DNA of 64,000 bases from Saccostrea echinata. Lineage: Eukaryota. The DNA lies in the NCBI RefSeq assembly GCF_033153115.1, contig NW_026889763.1, positions 19,344,001 through 19,408,000 on the forward strand, in the 5' to 3' direction. The notes beneath the pieces are model-generated. The model searched no databases. It was not told the origin of the DNA and saw only the letters and a list, made by a program, of their open reading frames with translations. The translations under genes and the position numbers were made by a program. Below are positions 1 through 13,452 of the stretch, one piece after another (within the stretch, counting starts at the first letter, position 1; the number at the start of each line of letters is the position of its first letter).

Positions 1-534
1 ATTGGGAAAGGTATGTAACGTGATCGTATTTTAGCTGCCGTTATTTTCTACAGCTGATTGAATAGTTAACGGAAGGAAAATAAAACAAAAGGAAAAAAAA
101 ACATATGCTTATTCTTACAATAGATCTGACTTCATCATATATTGATATCATTAACCATTTAAAAAAATCAGTTGATATTCAAATCACAGGTGTTGCAAAT
201 TAGAAACGTGCGTACACACGTGTGTGTGTGTGTGTGTGTGTGGGGGGGGGGGGGTTATTTCATTGATCAGTGCATCAGTTTGCTTTTGCTTTTTCATGCA
301 CGAAATTTAGAAAAGAAATCTATTTATTTTTACTGGCATGTGTAAATATAGCGGAAAGGGAGTTTCTTGACAATTAAGATATCACACTGTTTTACAAATC
401 ATGTGCATTGCAGACCAGTAAAAATAAAATTCTCTCTCTCTCCAATAATAAAATGGATTGTTTCTGCATGCCCATAAAAAAAACAATGATCAAGTAACCC
501 CTACCCCGCGTTTCTCATCTCCACACACACACAC

Positions 535-579
<45 letters not shown>

Positions 580-929
580 TGTGAAAGGTGTCAAACGGGG
601 ACAGGGGTTAAAGACTGTCAAAGTGGGGACTTCTTTATTTTTATTATTTCATTGACTTTTGACCAAAAATATTTGTCCTCCTATAACTCTGATGGCGAAT
701 ATAATCAGAATATGTCAATATCTTTAATTTTAAGCCAAGCACTTTTTACAGCACAAACGGGGACCTATTTCACACTCATTAATATTCACACACCAGTACT
801 TGATTCATTGTATCTAATCGGGGACATTTTCAAAAAAGAATGCAAAATACTCCCTTTTGTGCCTTTTATTCAATAATTAACACCGTTCTCATCTCTGAAT
901 AGGATTCTTGTCTTCACAGGTACTTGAAT

Positions 930-1172
930 GTTTTAGATTTTAAATCAAATATGGAGATAACGAACAGTAATAAGCCTCAAAAGTCCATTGAAACCCATAC
1001 TATAAACATAACATGTTTGTAGTATAATAGATATATATTTTTTAACAATTAAGCTGGGGAGTGCCTAGTGCCTATGTTAAATCCGTACAAATCGTGAGCA
1101 GGGCAAACACGGACGTTAAAAACACTCAAGTTCACAGTGCCATGGAGGAGTAATCACCCCCTGCCGACCGGT
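930..1172 (-). mobile_element. 3' tail fragment of a Penelope-like retroelement
   Basis: Reverse complement matches 43985-44130 (ACCGGTCGGCAGGGG..ACTCCTCCATGGCAC..GTCCGTGTTTGC.CTGCTC). Confidence 0.6.
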
Positions 1173-1259
1173 GTCGCATGATATTTGGTCCGCCTCGTTT
1201 AAAGGTCGGGGGAGGGGGGGGGGGGGATGGCTAATACGATAACATATATGGTCCGCCTT

Positions 1260-1292
<33 letters not shown>

Positions 1293-1973
1293 ATCTGCCT
1301 ACGTTTAAAGGTCCGGGTAGTGCAAAAGGTTTTAATCTTGATTTAAACACATAAAATTAAAGATAGTTTGTATGATATATCTCTAGAGCAGGAATTCTAC
1401 TCCTTATTTAGTTGCTTTTAGCAGTGCCGTTTATTTTTTTTTAACATTTCCATGCTTGTGGTGTGAAAACTGCATACCAAAAATACAGATGGCATTACAA
1501 ATGTAGTTTTTTTTTAAATTACCTTGATATTTTTATGATCGATGATTTTAGCATTTCAGAAGAAAATCCAGGTTTATATATTAACAATACCCCCCCCCCC
1601 CCCCTAAAAAAAAAGAGAGACCAGACGAGAGATATTATTTTGTTTTGTGTCTTTCTTAATTTTTGTTTTTTTTTATATCTTTTTTTAAGCTTATTTCTAT
1701 TTTTTTTTTCTTGTTGGTTACATTTTATTGTGCTTTTTTATGATGTGTAGTTATAAAATATCGGCGGAAAACTCAGATTCATCTAATACTAGAGGCTTTT
1801 ATGCCCCCCCCTCCCCCCAATCCCCTTTAAAAAAGTTACACAGTTCAGATTTAATTGTTTGTTTGTAGGTTTTTTTCTCTGTTTCAAAAGTTTTATTCTA
1901 CGATTTTATGATCGGTAATTAAACAATTTCAGAGAAAACTTAAATATTTACAATACATGATCCCCACCCTATT

Positions 1974-2023
<50 letters not shown>

Positions 2024-4206
2024 TAATCAATATAATAAACCGCATATAAATTAAATCAAGCCGTTCGTCTAAAATACTTTCAGCCCTGGTGATTTTTCCC
2101 AAATGATAATTATGTTCCGGAATTTATTCCTTTTTGGAACAGTTTGGAGGAGCAGTTTCGATTGCACCTTTCCTCGCACAAATGACCCGAAGAACTTAAT
2201 AAAGAAATCATCCTCTCCAGCCGCCACTACACTTATCACAGGAAGCAGATACACAAGATTAGCTGAAGAAACACTGCATTAATAATACCTATCGCTGTAA
2301 TATAATTTTTATCCAGTGATCACTCCCTTCTTTCACGTATCTGCTGAAAATGCAACTTTCTTAGACAAAGCGTTCTTCCTTGCAGTGGAAAGCAAGCTCA
2401 CAGAGCAATCATTTTTACTCCGTTTTTACTGTTTCCTTATTAAAGCAATCCCAGAATCCACAAACTTTATAATGGTACATGACTTGCAAATGAAGGAAAG
2501 TTTTCGACCGTTAGCCAGTCATTATATTCTCCATGATAAATAAGTACCTATTCTTAGGAAAAAAAAGGATTAATTTTTTGAAAAAAAATAATACCAGTGT
2601 GCTTATTCCTGCTTGATTATAGATGACAATTTTGCTGAAGTTAAGACAAAAAAATTTGATTACACGTATTTATTTCTGCTACGCAGATAATAGTGCATTG
2701 CCACAAGAAGTGAATTCGGAATTTGCAGTGTGGTTAGGGTCCATATCTTTTAATGAATAAATACATACAATTTATCAGGATGAAGATTTCCGCAGAGGAT
2801 AAAGGTGCTCATGATCAAACATAAAATTTAGAGACCAATCATGGGGGGGGGGGGATTTCTGCTACTTTCTCTTTAAAGCATACATTTTGTGCACCCCTCC
2901 TTCAGGTGTGACGTACATTTTTATATTTAAAAGAAATTACTCCTCACGCATTATCACAACAACACAACTGTATTTTTAAATAAATTCGATTTCGCGTTAT
3001 ATAAGGAGTTTTCCATGTAATACATCGTCGGAGACCATAATGGTTTGGATTTAATTCTTTCTTATAACGTTTCAGTCTAATTTCAGATCAATTTAAAAAT
3101 ATTTATCTCTCAATAAGCGCTGATAATTTATTTAAGTCATTTATGGACATTGGCAACTCACGGTTATCCGGAGGAAAAAGTTTTTATTCATAGGTTTTTC
3201 CACTTATAAACTGATTTAGCCCCCTCCCCCTCTTCCTCGCCTGAGATCCATTGTACTACCGGAAATTTCTCCAGCCAATACCGAAAATATTCATATAATC
3301 ATTATTCAAAATTTTATTAGGTAATATTCGAAACATACGGAAGCCGTTAGGTGCCAGGTAGAAAAAATATTTTTCTCGCTTTGTACAAGGTTTATTTTCG
3401 TTGCATAAAAATAAGAGAAAGAGGCAAGGCGGACCTTAAAACGCAGTAAAATAAAAGGTCCGCCCCCTGTATTCAGGTATTTCAGATATTTTACTGTTAT
3501 CTATATAGAAAGCAAAAGTTATGGACAGGGTTTAATTACTGTAGCATTAAAACTGGTTGTTCTCATAGTGATCAATCGTCATTTTGTATATATACTGAAA
3601 CGCAAAAGAAACGCAAAAGCAGTAATCTACAAATATTTGAATTTTTTATCTAATGATTTTCAAAAATGAATACACTTAGGTAAAAGAATTGCAGCTTGAT
3701 TTCTACGATGCAATAGGTTCATCAATCTCGAGACCTGAGGGAAAGAAATATTCTTTGCCATTTTTAAATGCCTGTTTTTCAGATGATGAGGTCGAATTTT
3801 CTCTAGCCAAGCGCAGTGTAGTAACCCTTGGATGTACGGTCCAAGGACTGTCATTCATGCTAATGATAAGTAAGAGACTGTTGAGGCGTGATGTAGGTCA
3901 TATTTGCATCTGCAACTCTCCATCACCTTTATTTTGAGATTTTCCAGCTAGAGCAATGGAAATGTCTACTTAAGTCACTTTCAGACAGCCTTGGCATCGC
4001 TTTCAGAAAAGATAGGGGAATTTATTTTTCGGAACATTGCTGATTTACTTATGATAAACAGATACAATACCTTAAAACCCCATATTATTGCCAAATATTT
4101 TGTTAAACATGCAATTTCTGATATTTGTTAAGCACACTCAAACTTTACTTCCGATAATGGTACGAAAATGATTCAATTTTTAAATTACCGATATTTACAA
4201 AATTGA

Positions 4207-4470
4207 AGCCGTGTGCTCCTTGTCATGATCGGGAAAACGGAAAAATCCGTTGACAATTATATGTGTTAATAATGGCATAACAATTAGTTTGTAAAACGTC
4301 AGTCAGCATTCGACTTAATGATAGATTGTATTTACTGACAAAGTCATTTTATCGGTCATAGAACTTGTGAAATGATGATTTCAAACGAGACTGTTGATAT
4401 TCTTGTTTCATCAACGTGTTAGTCAATAAGTTGCCTCGTTTTAGAAATTGTTCGTATGTAGAACATGTTT
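4207..4470 (-). mobile_element. Penelope-like RT C-terminal (thumb) fragment
   Basis: Translates TCSTYEQFLKRGNLLTNTLMKQEYQQSRLKSSFHKFYDR; colinear with the plus-strand copy at 43720-43980. Confidence 0.6.
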
Positions 4471-5329
4471 TTGTGACATGAAAATATGCCCCCTTTAACA
4501 TCCCCAAATACTTTTTAAGATGAATCAAAATGGTTTGCACACTTGTAGTTTAACTGATAAAAAAGTGTTGGTAAGAGCTAAATAGAGAGTGGAAAACCTA
4601 CGTAATCAAATCTAAATTAAATTTTACGGAAAACACATTACATACAAATCTAATAATTATAATTATTTAATTTGAAGATTCCTGCACTTCCCTTTCACTC
4701 GGGATTTCAGTTGCGACTGCTGAAAATGGGGTACTAAACCAATTTTATGCAAAATCATTTGATTGGTTGAGACCAAAATACGCATGTAAATAAGTGAGTT
4801 CATAAGAAAGGTCATGATACAAATCATTTGGAATACGTTTCCTACTGTATTGGAGACAAAGGGCGGGGTGCGGCTCGAGCTCTCGCCCTCGTCTTAAGCC
4901 CCGCCCTGTATCTCCGATACAGTAGGAAACCCGTTCCCTAAATATAACCAAGAGTGGAACGTTTATCATAATACAATCGGGGAAATGTATATTTGAATTA
5001 TCAGGATACATTTCAGGGGGCATTTTGTGTATTAATTATTACAATACAATAAGGGATTATACACATGTTTACATTTGTATTACATTTGTACAATACAGTT
5101 ACTGTAGAGGAATTATTGTTAAGAATTATCGCAAAACAGTAGGGAATATTATGTATTACATGTAAGTATAGCAGTAAACTAGAGAACTAATGGATAATGC
5201 AAATAAGTAAGCTATATATAGGGACATTTGTGGATAAATTATCCCGATTCAGTAGGGAGATCTTTGTAATTTATAACAAAACAACAGAAAACATTTGTGT
5301 ATAAATCTTAGGAAACCATAAAAAAATAC

Positions 5330-5620
5330 AATAGGGGAATTGTGTGCTTGAATTATCACAATACAATTGGGGAGTTCATTTGTGTATAAAAACTACAATA
5401 CAATAGGGGACATTTGTGTATAAAAAATCACAATACAATAGGGGACATATATAAGTGTATAAAAAATCACAATACAATAGGGGACATTTGTGTATAAAAA
5501 ATCACAATACAATAGGGGACATTTGTGTATAAAAAATCACAATACAATAGGGGACATTGTGGGTATAAAAAATCACAACACAAAAGGGGACATTCCTGTA
5601 TAAATCATTACAATACAATA
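5330..5620 (+). repeat. 35-bp minisatellite GGGGACATTTGTGTATAAAAAATCACAATACAATA
   Basis: About 7-8 copies, with degenerate copies extending over roughly 5010-5800. Confidence 0.9.
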
Positions 5621-8600
5621 GAATTTTTTTTTTTATAAATCATTGCGAATCATAACGGACATGTATGTGTACCTGATCATTATTCAAGAAGGGACGTGTT
5701 TATAAATTATTCTAAAACCAATGGAGGAAAATTGAGTAAAAATTATCATAAAACAATAGGGGACATTAGTGTATAAATAATCACAGTACAATAAAGGACA
5801 TTGTGAGTATGAATAATAAAAGTGCAATTTCTTGATCTTGGAAAGCATAAAGCAATTGCACGAAAGTGCTGGTGAATTTCAAAATACGAAGCATTTTTTT
5901 TTAAATGAAATAATAATGTTTTTTTCTCTGATACCAATAACTTTTGATTCTACTTTGTTTAATTTGCTCCAATGAAAGCTTGAAATTGAGCTTGAATTTT
6001 GTTTAGGAATAAAATACAGTTACTGTGGAATCCCCACCCAACCGACTTTACCTCCAAGAGCATATCTCAATATTAAAGAAAAAACAATAAATACATCGAC
6101 AATAGTTTACTTATTCTTAAAAATATATGTATGAAACAAAAGAAACAATATATAAATTAGACTGGAAAGAAATTATTTACTTCCGTTAAATGACGACAAC
6201 TTTTGATAGGAAAAGTATTAGTAACAACTAAGAAGTGGTCACGGGTGGGGTTTCACTTTAAATGTTATAAAAATTTTCAAAATAATCAACCAAATGAACA
6301 TCAATCGCAAGCTCAACAAAGACAATAAATAAATCTGCATTACGGAAAAGATGAAAAATAAGCGCACCTGTTAAGCGAAAAAAAGGGTCGAGAATTTACA
6401 TACAACTTTGCAGTTTCTGATCTGTAGCTCGTTGATCTGCCAGAGGAAATTGGAATGGGCGATTAGAGAAGTATAGTGCCCCCCCCCCCCTTGACAAAAA
6501 TTGACAAAAAAAGTACATATTAATTGCGCACAAAAGAGTGTACTGAATTTTGATTTATTTCTCTGTATATTTAAGCTGTCAGCTCAAAATATTACAAACC
6601 ATGAAGTCTTAACATGCATTATATTTTTAGTGCATGATCGTCTGCGAAATATGAGGATTAAATCTTTGTCCGATGGTTTCCCCGGGGGAAATGGATTTTA
6701 TTGGCTGGATAAATGTTCGTATTTCCCTCATGATAATGAAACGAATCGTTTGCGGTATTATATATATAAGCCAAGCCATTGTAAATAACATTCAATTTAG
6801 GCTCCACTTTCTAATTCACTTTTTGAAAAGTCAATTGTCTTCCGTATCTTTTTTCCCCTTTTTCAAAACACCCTTATTGGAAAGAAGATAATTGCTAATT
6901 TCGTCACTGTTTGGCAGATGAATCCTTTCTAATATTATTAATTTTGCAACTCTCGGAATTTTTAGTTTAACGAACGATACGTATTGCAAAGGGAAAAAAT
7001 GTACGATGTTTTCGATGTGGTTTAGCACAACGGCGACAAGGAAATATGAAGTTTTAGGACCCTGTCAAGTGACTGTATTGGACCAATCAGGTAACGCGTT
7101 GTATAGAACAGCTATAATGAGGTATAATAAATTCTTTTACTACTTCTAACAACATTGAAAGCCCTGAGGTATGAATATTTGTTCCCATTAGTATTTATCG
7201 TTGATACAGAAAATACATTGTTTTATTTGGGATGGATTTCCCCTTTTTCCGGGACATCTGTGTAGTTTTTTTATGTTTTAATGTACATGTGCTTTATATA
7301 TATAAATTTTAACTGGGCTTTATTTTCAAATATAAAAAAATGCCTAATGTATAATTGTACAGTACATGTATCATATTTTTGAATTAATACAATCCGTTTC
7401 TTAAACCTGTTTGCCCCCCCCCCCCCTTCAAAATTACTGGATCTGCCTCTTGAATTGTACACATGTAAAAACTAAGGCAACTTCAGAATATATTGACAAT
7501 TTAGGAGCTTGGGAGAAGACATATATATAAAACATCTTCTAGAGTTTATATGTGTTACGAAAGTTATAATTTGAATAATTAGAAACTGAATTTGACGCAT
7601 GCCTCGTCATTACGTCCTAACGTCGTTTTGAAGCGCCTTACTAAAATGATCACAAAATGGTGAAAAAATGAGATATTTATAAAAGTGGTGTATATTTAAA
7701 TTCAGAGAGAGTTGGTCTATCAAAATTTACAAAAAGTTATTTTGTGAAATATTGACCTCAAGGGCCTTTTTCTCATGACGGCAGTCAAGTAATAAATAAA
7801 TCTGAATATTATTCTTCACTGTTCTTCACGCCTTCCTCCTTTCTCTCTTTCGACTCTGATCAAGTCCATTTTCGTAAACATTGTACGACAACGATAACGA
7901 ATTCCACAAACCGGGACTGCAATTTATTCTGTGTATTATAAAAGTATGACATTTTAATTTGAAATTAGCAGATAAAATGGTTGTAGGAGTACATACAATG
8001 CTTAATTATAGATAAAAGATACTTTTAATTAATACAATTTATTGTAACTAATCTATATAAGCTAACTTTATGAATCGCGCAGGTTTAATTTATGGTTTTT
8101 GCAATATTTGAACTTTATCTGCAAGTGCAATGTAATGGATGTGCATAAGTATGTACAGTAAATTAAAACAGGTGGTAGTGATATTTTACTGTTATTTGAT
8201 GGAAGAAAGTCTTCTTTTAAAAAAAAAAAAAAAATCATACCCAAAGGCAAAAAAAGAGTATTCTGCGCACACTGATCAATTCGCCGTTACATATAGACAG
8301 CATAAAACTTCTACCCTCCCTCTGCTCATTCAACACCACATACATGTAGAACTTTGTTTTCTTGAAGCAAAGTATTCATTGATATTTTGAGATTTCTTTA
8401 CGTATCTCTCCCCTTCAGAAATTTCAGGCTGTCGAAATGAAATGAAACTTTAATTAAATGTTAAATCATATTACATGCATTTGTTACTAATGAGGCACGT
8501 TTAGGAATTTCAATCTAGTCTCATGCATAAATATGGATAAGTTTACCATCCTTAGCCAGGCAAATAACAGATCACAAATAAATTGGTAAAAACACTGTAG

Positions 8601-10974
8601 CTCCCCAATCCCACCTCTGCACTAACCCCTTCCTTTCAAAAAAAGAATGCATGATAATGTTCAGATCTGGTAAAGTGTATACTTATATGTGGTATTAAAT
8701 TAATTTTGCAAATTATACAATAAAACTCATATTAATTTAATTGAGTATTATTTTGCCACGAAATCAAGAACAAGTCTACCAAAATCGAACTGACTGCAGA
8801 ATTCAAACGCAATATAAACAATATAATTTCGAATTGATACCTCATTTTATATTTCAAGAATAAAACAATTTTTAGCATAAAATACTACTATACGATAGAT
8901 AAATTTATGAATGATAATGAAAACTTTCAGTGCGGAAATTAGGCTATAGTAATAAAAAATGTACTTTTGGATGAAACCTTTACATTCAAGAAAAAAAAAA
9001 TTAAAAAATTCAAAATCAGAGCTGGACGTTTAATGTTCTTCTTTCTTTATATAGTACTGGTGAAGCAAGATTTAATGAAAACAGAATCCGATACATCGCG
9101 ACGGCTAATTCTTCTATCATTATACTGTAATAGTTTTAATAAATTCCGAGAGAATCAGAAAAATTAAGAATGAAGCCAAAGCGTGTGAGAATCCTGTACA
9201 AAGTGCAGCCCTACATGTAAACCGAGTAGCATTCCGTGTGAACTGCTTTGTGCAATCCGTGTACGCTTCGTTCAACCCACGTAGCGTTTTGCTAAACTAT
9301 TAGGCGTATTTGATTCGTGCAGTGTGCGACTGGGCTAGTATAACGATAACCGTCCTGAAGTTTTCAGATGGAGCACTTTCTTATGTTTTGTTATGATATG
9401 AAGACTCAAAGACCTAATGTTGATGAATAAATATAAAGAAAAATATATTTTGGAATAGAGTTCTTCTGAACCTTAGGGTGTCAAATATTCGGAAACACGA
9501 TGCATTTTTATGGAAAAAGCCAAGGGATTAAACAGAAGACTTCAAGACGACCATGACTGTAAGCTGTCACACCATATGTCCAATCAGTCAAAATGTAATA
9601 AATAAGTACAGAAAAGAGAAACTACTCAGTAAAGACGGGGTGTTACTAAACAAAAATTAACAATAGAAAACGCATTAACATAATTTTTCTAACGGAAATA
9701 ATTGCATGCAGATAGATGGACAGGTAGACAAATGTTAAACAGTAATTAAATAATAAGACGCGTGCTACACAAGGACACCTATATTATCCGTTTTCAAATA
9801 ACCCCATTCCTGTGTTGGAAACAACCCCTTTGAACGGGGGGGGGGGGGGCAGGGGGCCCGTCCCCTCACTTTTTCTGAGTAGTTTTTTCTAGAATAATCT
9901 CCATTTAGATGCCGGTTGCCCCCCCCCTCTTTTTTGTTGCTGTAAGATCGAGCAAATACCAAAACTTTTTTTTTTTTAATTTTGTACCAAAATGTAAGGG
10001 AAATGTCCATAATCCCCCCCCCCTTCCCCTTTTCGAGATTGGACGGTTTAGTTTTTTTTTCTTTGTCAAAATTTTTGGGAGGTGTCCCCTTTTAAAACCA
10101 TTGCTACGGATTGCTTTAAAATGATAGGGCATGAAAAGTAGACTACTAATTAAAACCATGTACAAACTTTCTTTTATGAAGGAACAAGCGAAAATAACGA
10201 GTGATTTCCGAATGACAACTGAAGGCCGGTGACAGCTTTGGACAGATAACGTTAGCACGCGTCAGATTCTGTAATCGAAACGAAATCGGACACAAATTTT
10301 ATGCTGTAAAAAACAAGGTATCGGAGACATCACTGTGTAAAGAACAGGGAAAATAGTAACTTAGCAATGAAATTCAAGGTCGGAATTCACAGTAAAACAG
10401 ATTGCACAGGTGTCAGATTACAAAGTATACTAAACGGCGCTTCCTAGCCATGCTTCTTCAAGATGGGCAGAAGAAGTGATGACGATTTTCTGAGATTAAT
10501 TAAATTTTCACTGTGTAACAGTCTTAATTCAATATTCTCGGCAGAGTGCTTTATGCATATTCCACTTTTAAACACTAAAACATTGCCTAGATTCTTACAA
10601 AAAATGAATGATTTGGATATACGTATCAATTAATTCTTTTTCTGGCATCAAATTTGATCTCTGCGTCAATTAAATTAAACATTTTTTCCTAAATGATCAC
10701 AATGATAAAATGGATGTATTAAGAGGGCTGGGTGGTCATGGCCATTTTTAGACTATTTTGATCTCCTTTAGAAGAAGAGCCCCATATAAAGATATACAAA
10801 AATGATCAAATTTTGAAACTAAAATATATGAATTTTTTCTTTGCCGAAATGATAGTTGACATCTTAAGATATAATATCTAAAAAAATAAGCTATATCTGA
10901 TGGTTAATTTGTTGACCCCCCAACCTCCTTAATGGTCCAAAAGGTATCGATATCAATTTTATAGAATAGTTTCG

Positions 10975-11225
10975 TTTGTTTGTTTATATAACGCGTCCCT
11001 TTCGAAAAAAAAAATCACTCATATCGAGACGCCACCATTTGCTGGAGCAGGGGTGCAAATTTGGACCTATTCTAAGCACTCAAAGCCATTGAGCAGTGAG
11101 GGATCTTTTTGGTGCCAGCATATACTGCAACACTGGACTTCGGTTTATGCGGTCTCATCCTAAAGACCGGTCTCCATGTCCTGCAGTTGGATTTGAACCC
11201 GCGACGTAAGGCCACGCGGGTGACT
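10975..11225 (-). mobile_element. tRNA-derived SINE, V-SINE-like core
   Basis: On the minus strand: B-box-like GGGTTCAAATCC, core GGATGAGACCGCATAAACCGAAGTCC...AAAGATCCCTCACTGCTCAATGGC and an (AAAC)n tail. Confidence 0.65.
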
Positions 11226-11315
11226 TTAGAATAGGTTACCTATTATATTCAATTTTCTGAGCCTGCAATCACATCAAAGTTCTAACTCCCATAATGCTTA
11301 TTTACTCCGATTTCT

Positions 11316-11515
11316 GGCGTTGCGCAGTGGTGGATAGAGAGTTTTAGAGTGTTCGCTTTAGAGTCGAGGGGTAAGAAGCTGATCCTTACCTGCAAGTTTG
11401 AATCCGGCTGAGGGACGTTAAGACTGGTCCTTTGGATGAGACCGTATTAACCAAGGTCCTGTGTAGGAGTAAGTGCTGGGACGGAAAAGATCCCTAACTG
11501 CTCAATTGCCTTGCG
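11316..11515 (+). mobile_element. tRNA-derived SINE, V-SINE-like core, head-to-head with the previous copy
   Basis: A-box-like GCGCAGTGG, B-box-like GTTTGAATCC and core GGATGAGACCGTATTAACCAAGGTCC...AAAGATCCCTAACTGCTCAATTGCC. Confidence 0.65.
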
Positions 11516-12767
11516 TAAATATATACATTTATGGTTAAAGAAAACATGGTGCAAGGATCCGATAAACCTGAAAAACACTTTTATGAAAAAACGTTGGTAT
11601 CTCTCCGAGAAATACTTCAAGTCCATTTAGTCAATGTTCATATCACAAACATGATTTAAATGTCATTATTCATCCAGAGTTGTAAAGCGTGTTAACGTTA
11701 GTCTAAAAAGATATTAATATTCAGGATTTTTATTGCCAGGGTTTGAACCCTATGAATACGACTTTATCTTTTTTAATGCTGGTTATAGAATAGGTTTTTT
11801 TTTAATCAAGAACGTTTTGTTTGTCATAATTTCATAAATTTCAATTATGAGAACTTTACTCTTAATATTTAATTCACAAATTTGATATGATTTTTAAGTA
11901 TCTAATGCCATAGCATTCTGCACGCCTTGTTCGCCCATCTCCTTTATATAGAAAACCTTCATAAAGAGCAATTTCCTATAATTCAAGTGTTTAAAGTATT
12001 TAAATTAAAGGTTCATGTGTTTAACTTATTCGTAAAAATTAAGACTACTCTTATTGATATATTTTAATTCAAAATTATATGATGTATCAATTCAAGGCAA
12101 ATTTTGCGCTCTTATGTGTGTTAATTACAATCAAAATCTTTAAATTTTTCTCCGAAAAAAAAAGACAATCGAATACAGAATTGCCAAATTGTAAATCGCA
12201 AAATGAGTATATTTCGATGATAATCTGAAAACATTCAGTAACAAAAGTACTAGTGTACGTCACAAGCATAAATGCTAAGTCGATCATACATCTGTAACCC
12301 AGGTGTTCGATTGACATTGAACGTTTGTGGGACGGACTGATGTTCATACATGAGTAAGGATAAATAATATATCTAAATTCTCTCTCTTAAAATAAAATAC
12401 CGGATATAAAGCAAGAATGATATCTCAATGTAATGTTTGTTTCAGAAAAGTCACGTGACTTGTTTTTCACTATACAAACGGGGACCCGTGTGTAACCCCC
12501 AAATACAATCTTCGGTAATTGTGAAAAGTTCACACTCACACACATGTTTTAATCCTAACTAACCGGGGACATTTTTTCAACATGTTGAAAAACAGATCTT
12601 TTCGGCTTTTTGGGGTAATTAGACATCCCTGATTTCGAATTTGGCGCTATTTTTAATCAAAGACAACCGGGGACGTCCCCGGTTGGGAGGTTGTCCCCGG
12701 TTGGAAGGTGTGTAAACAAACGATTGTCCCCGTTTGACACCTTTCACGCACGCATCCTCAACCTCAC

Positions 12768-12820
<53 letters not shown>

Positions 12821-13184
12821 CACACACACACACACATGCACTTCTAATTTGCTAACCAATGTACAAATGCACGTCGTACATGCATATCAAGAGCTTTTAA
12901 TGGACCCATGGTCAATCTTTAGTTATCAAGAATGTTAGTAATGGATATATAATACAGACTGATTTATAAACAGACATGTCAATCAAAGTTAAGTTAATAA
13001 TTTATAAGTATTCAATAAAAATGTTAGAAACAGAGTTTAAAAATATACGATTAGATTAAGTAATGTCCGTTAAAGCCGTAACGTTTGTCTAATAATCTAA
13101 AGTCTGTCTGTTTAGTAAATCGAGTTTCCACATTGTTATATGTTTAATTCAATTTTGTGATGTTTCGCATTGAAAACAATACAA

Positions 13185-13209
<25 letters not shown>

Positions 13210-13215
<6 letters not shown>

Positions 13216-13452
13216 TTTTTATTACATTTTGTTTTATTTCATTTTGCGTTGTCTTCAACGCAAAAAATAAGTAACACGAAATGTAACAATCAAAAGTGCA
13301 TTACTAGATTTTGCGTTAATTCCACAAAATATAATAATCAAAAATCGTGTTATTACATTTTGCGTTGATCTCGACGCAAAATGTAATAACACAAAATGTA
13401 ATAATCCCAGTTTATTACATTTTGTGTTGTTATTACATTTCGCGTTGTAACA
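13210..13452. repeat. MITE-like array of TTATTACATTTTGCGTTG / AAATGTAATAA motifs
   Basis: Multiple direct and inverted copies, ending in GCGTTGTAACA. Confidence 0.5.

Larger units (their letters stand above)
581..12747. mobile_element. Putative decayed TIR DNA transposon (about 12.2 kb including later insertions), superfamily unknown
   Basis: Perfect 23-bp inverted repeats GTGAAAGGTGTCAAACGGGGACA (581-603) and TGTCCCCGTTTGACACCTTTCAC (12725-12747). AA(A/C/T)CGGGGAC-like motifs cluster near both ends, and both flanks are (CA)n tracts. No intact transposase. Confidence 0.5.

Noticed and set aside
458-655. His/Thr-repeat ORF (and the Cys/Val ORF at 12619-12837)
   Set aside because: Translations of (CA)n microsatellites.
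3700-3960. Minus-strand SRLNSLLLIISMN..AWLEK, reminiscent of a hAT dimerisation region
   Set aside because: Needs several frameshifts, and no catalytic motifs were found. A zinc-finger-like fragment at about 2500 lies in the wrong order. Too weak without a profile search.
5330-5620. 35-bp repeats superficially CRISPR-like
   Set aside because: Head-to-tail with no unique spacers, no cas genes, and a eukaryotic context.
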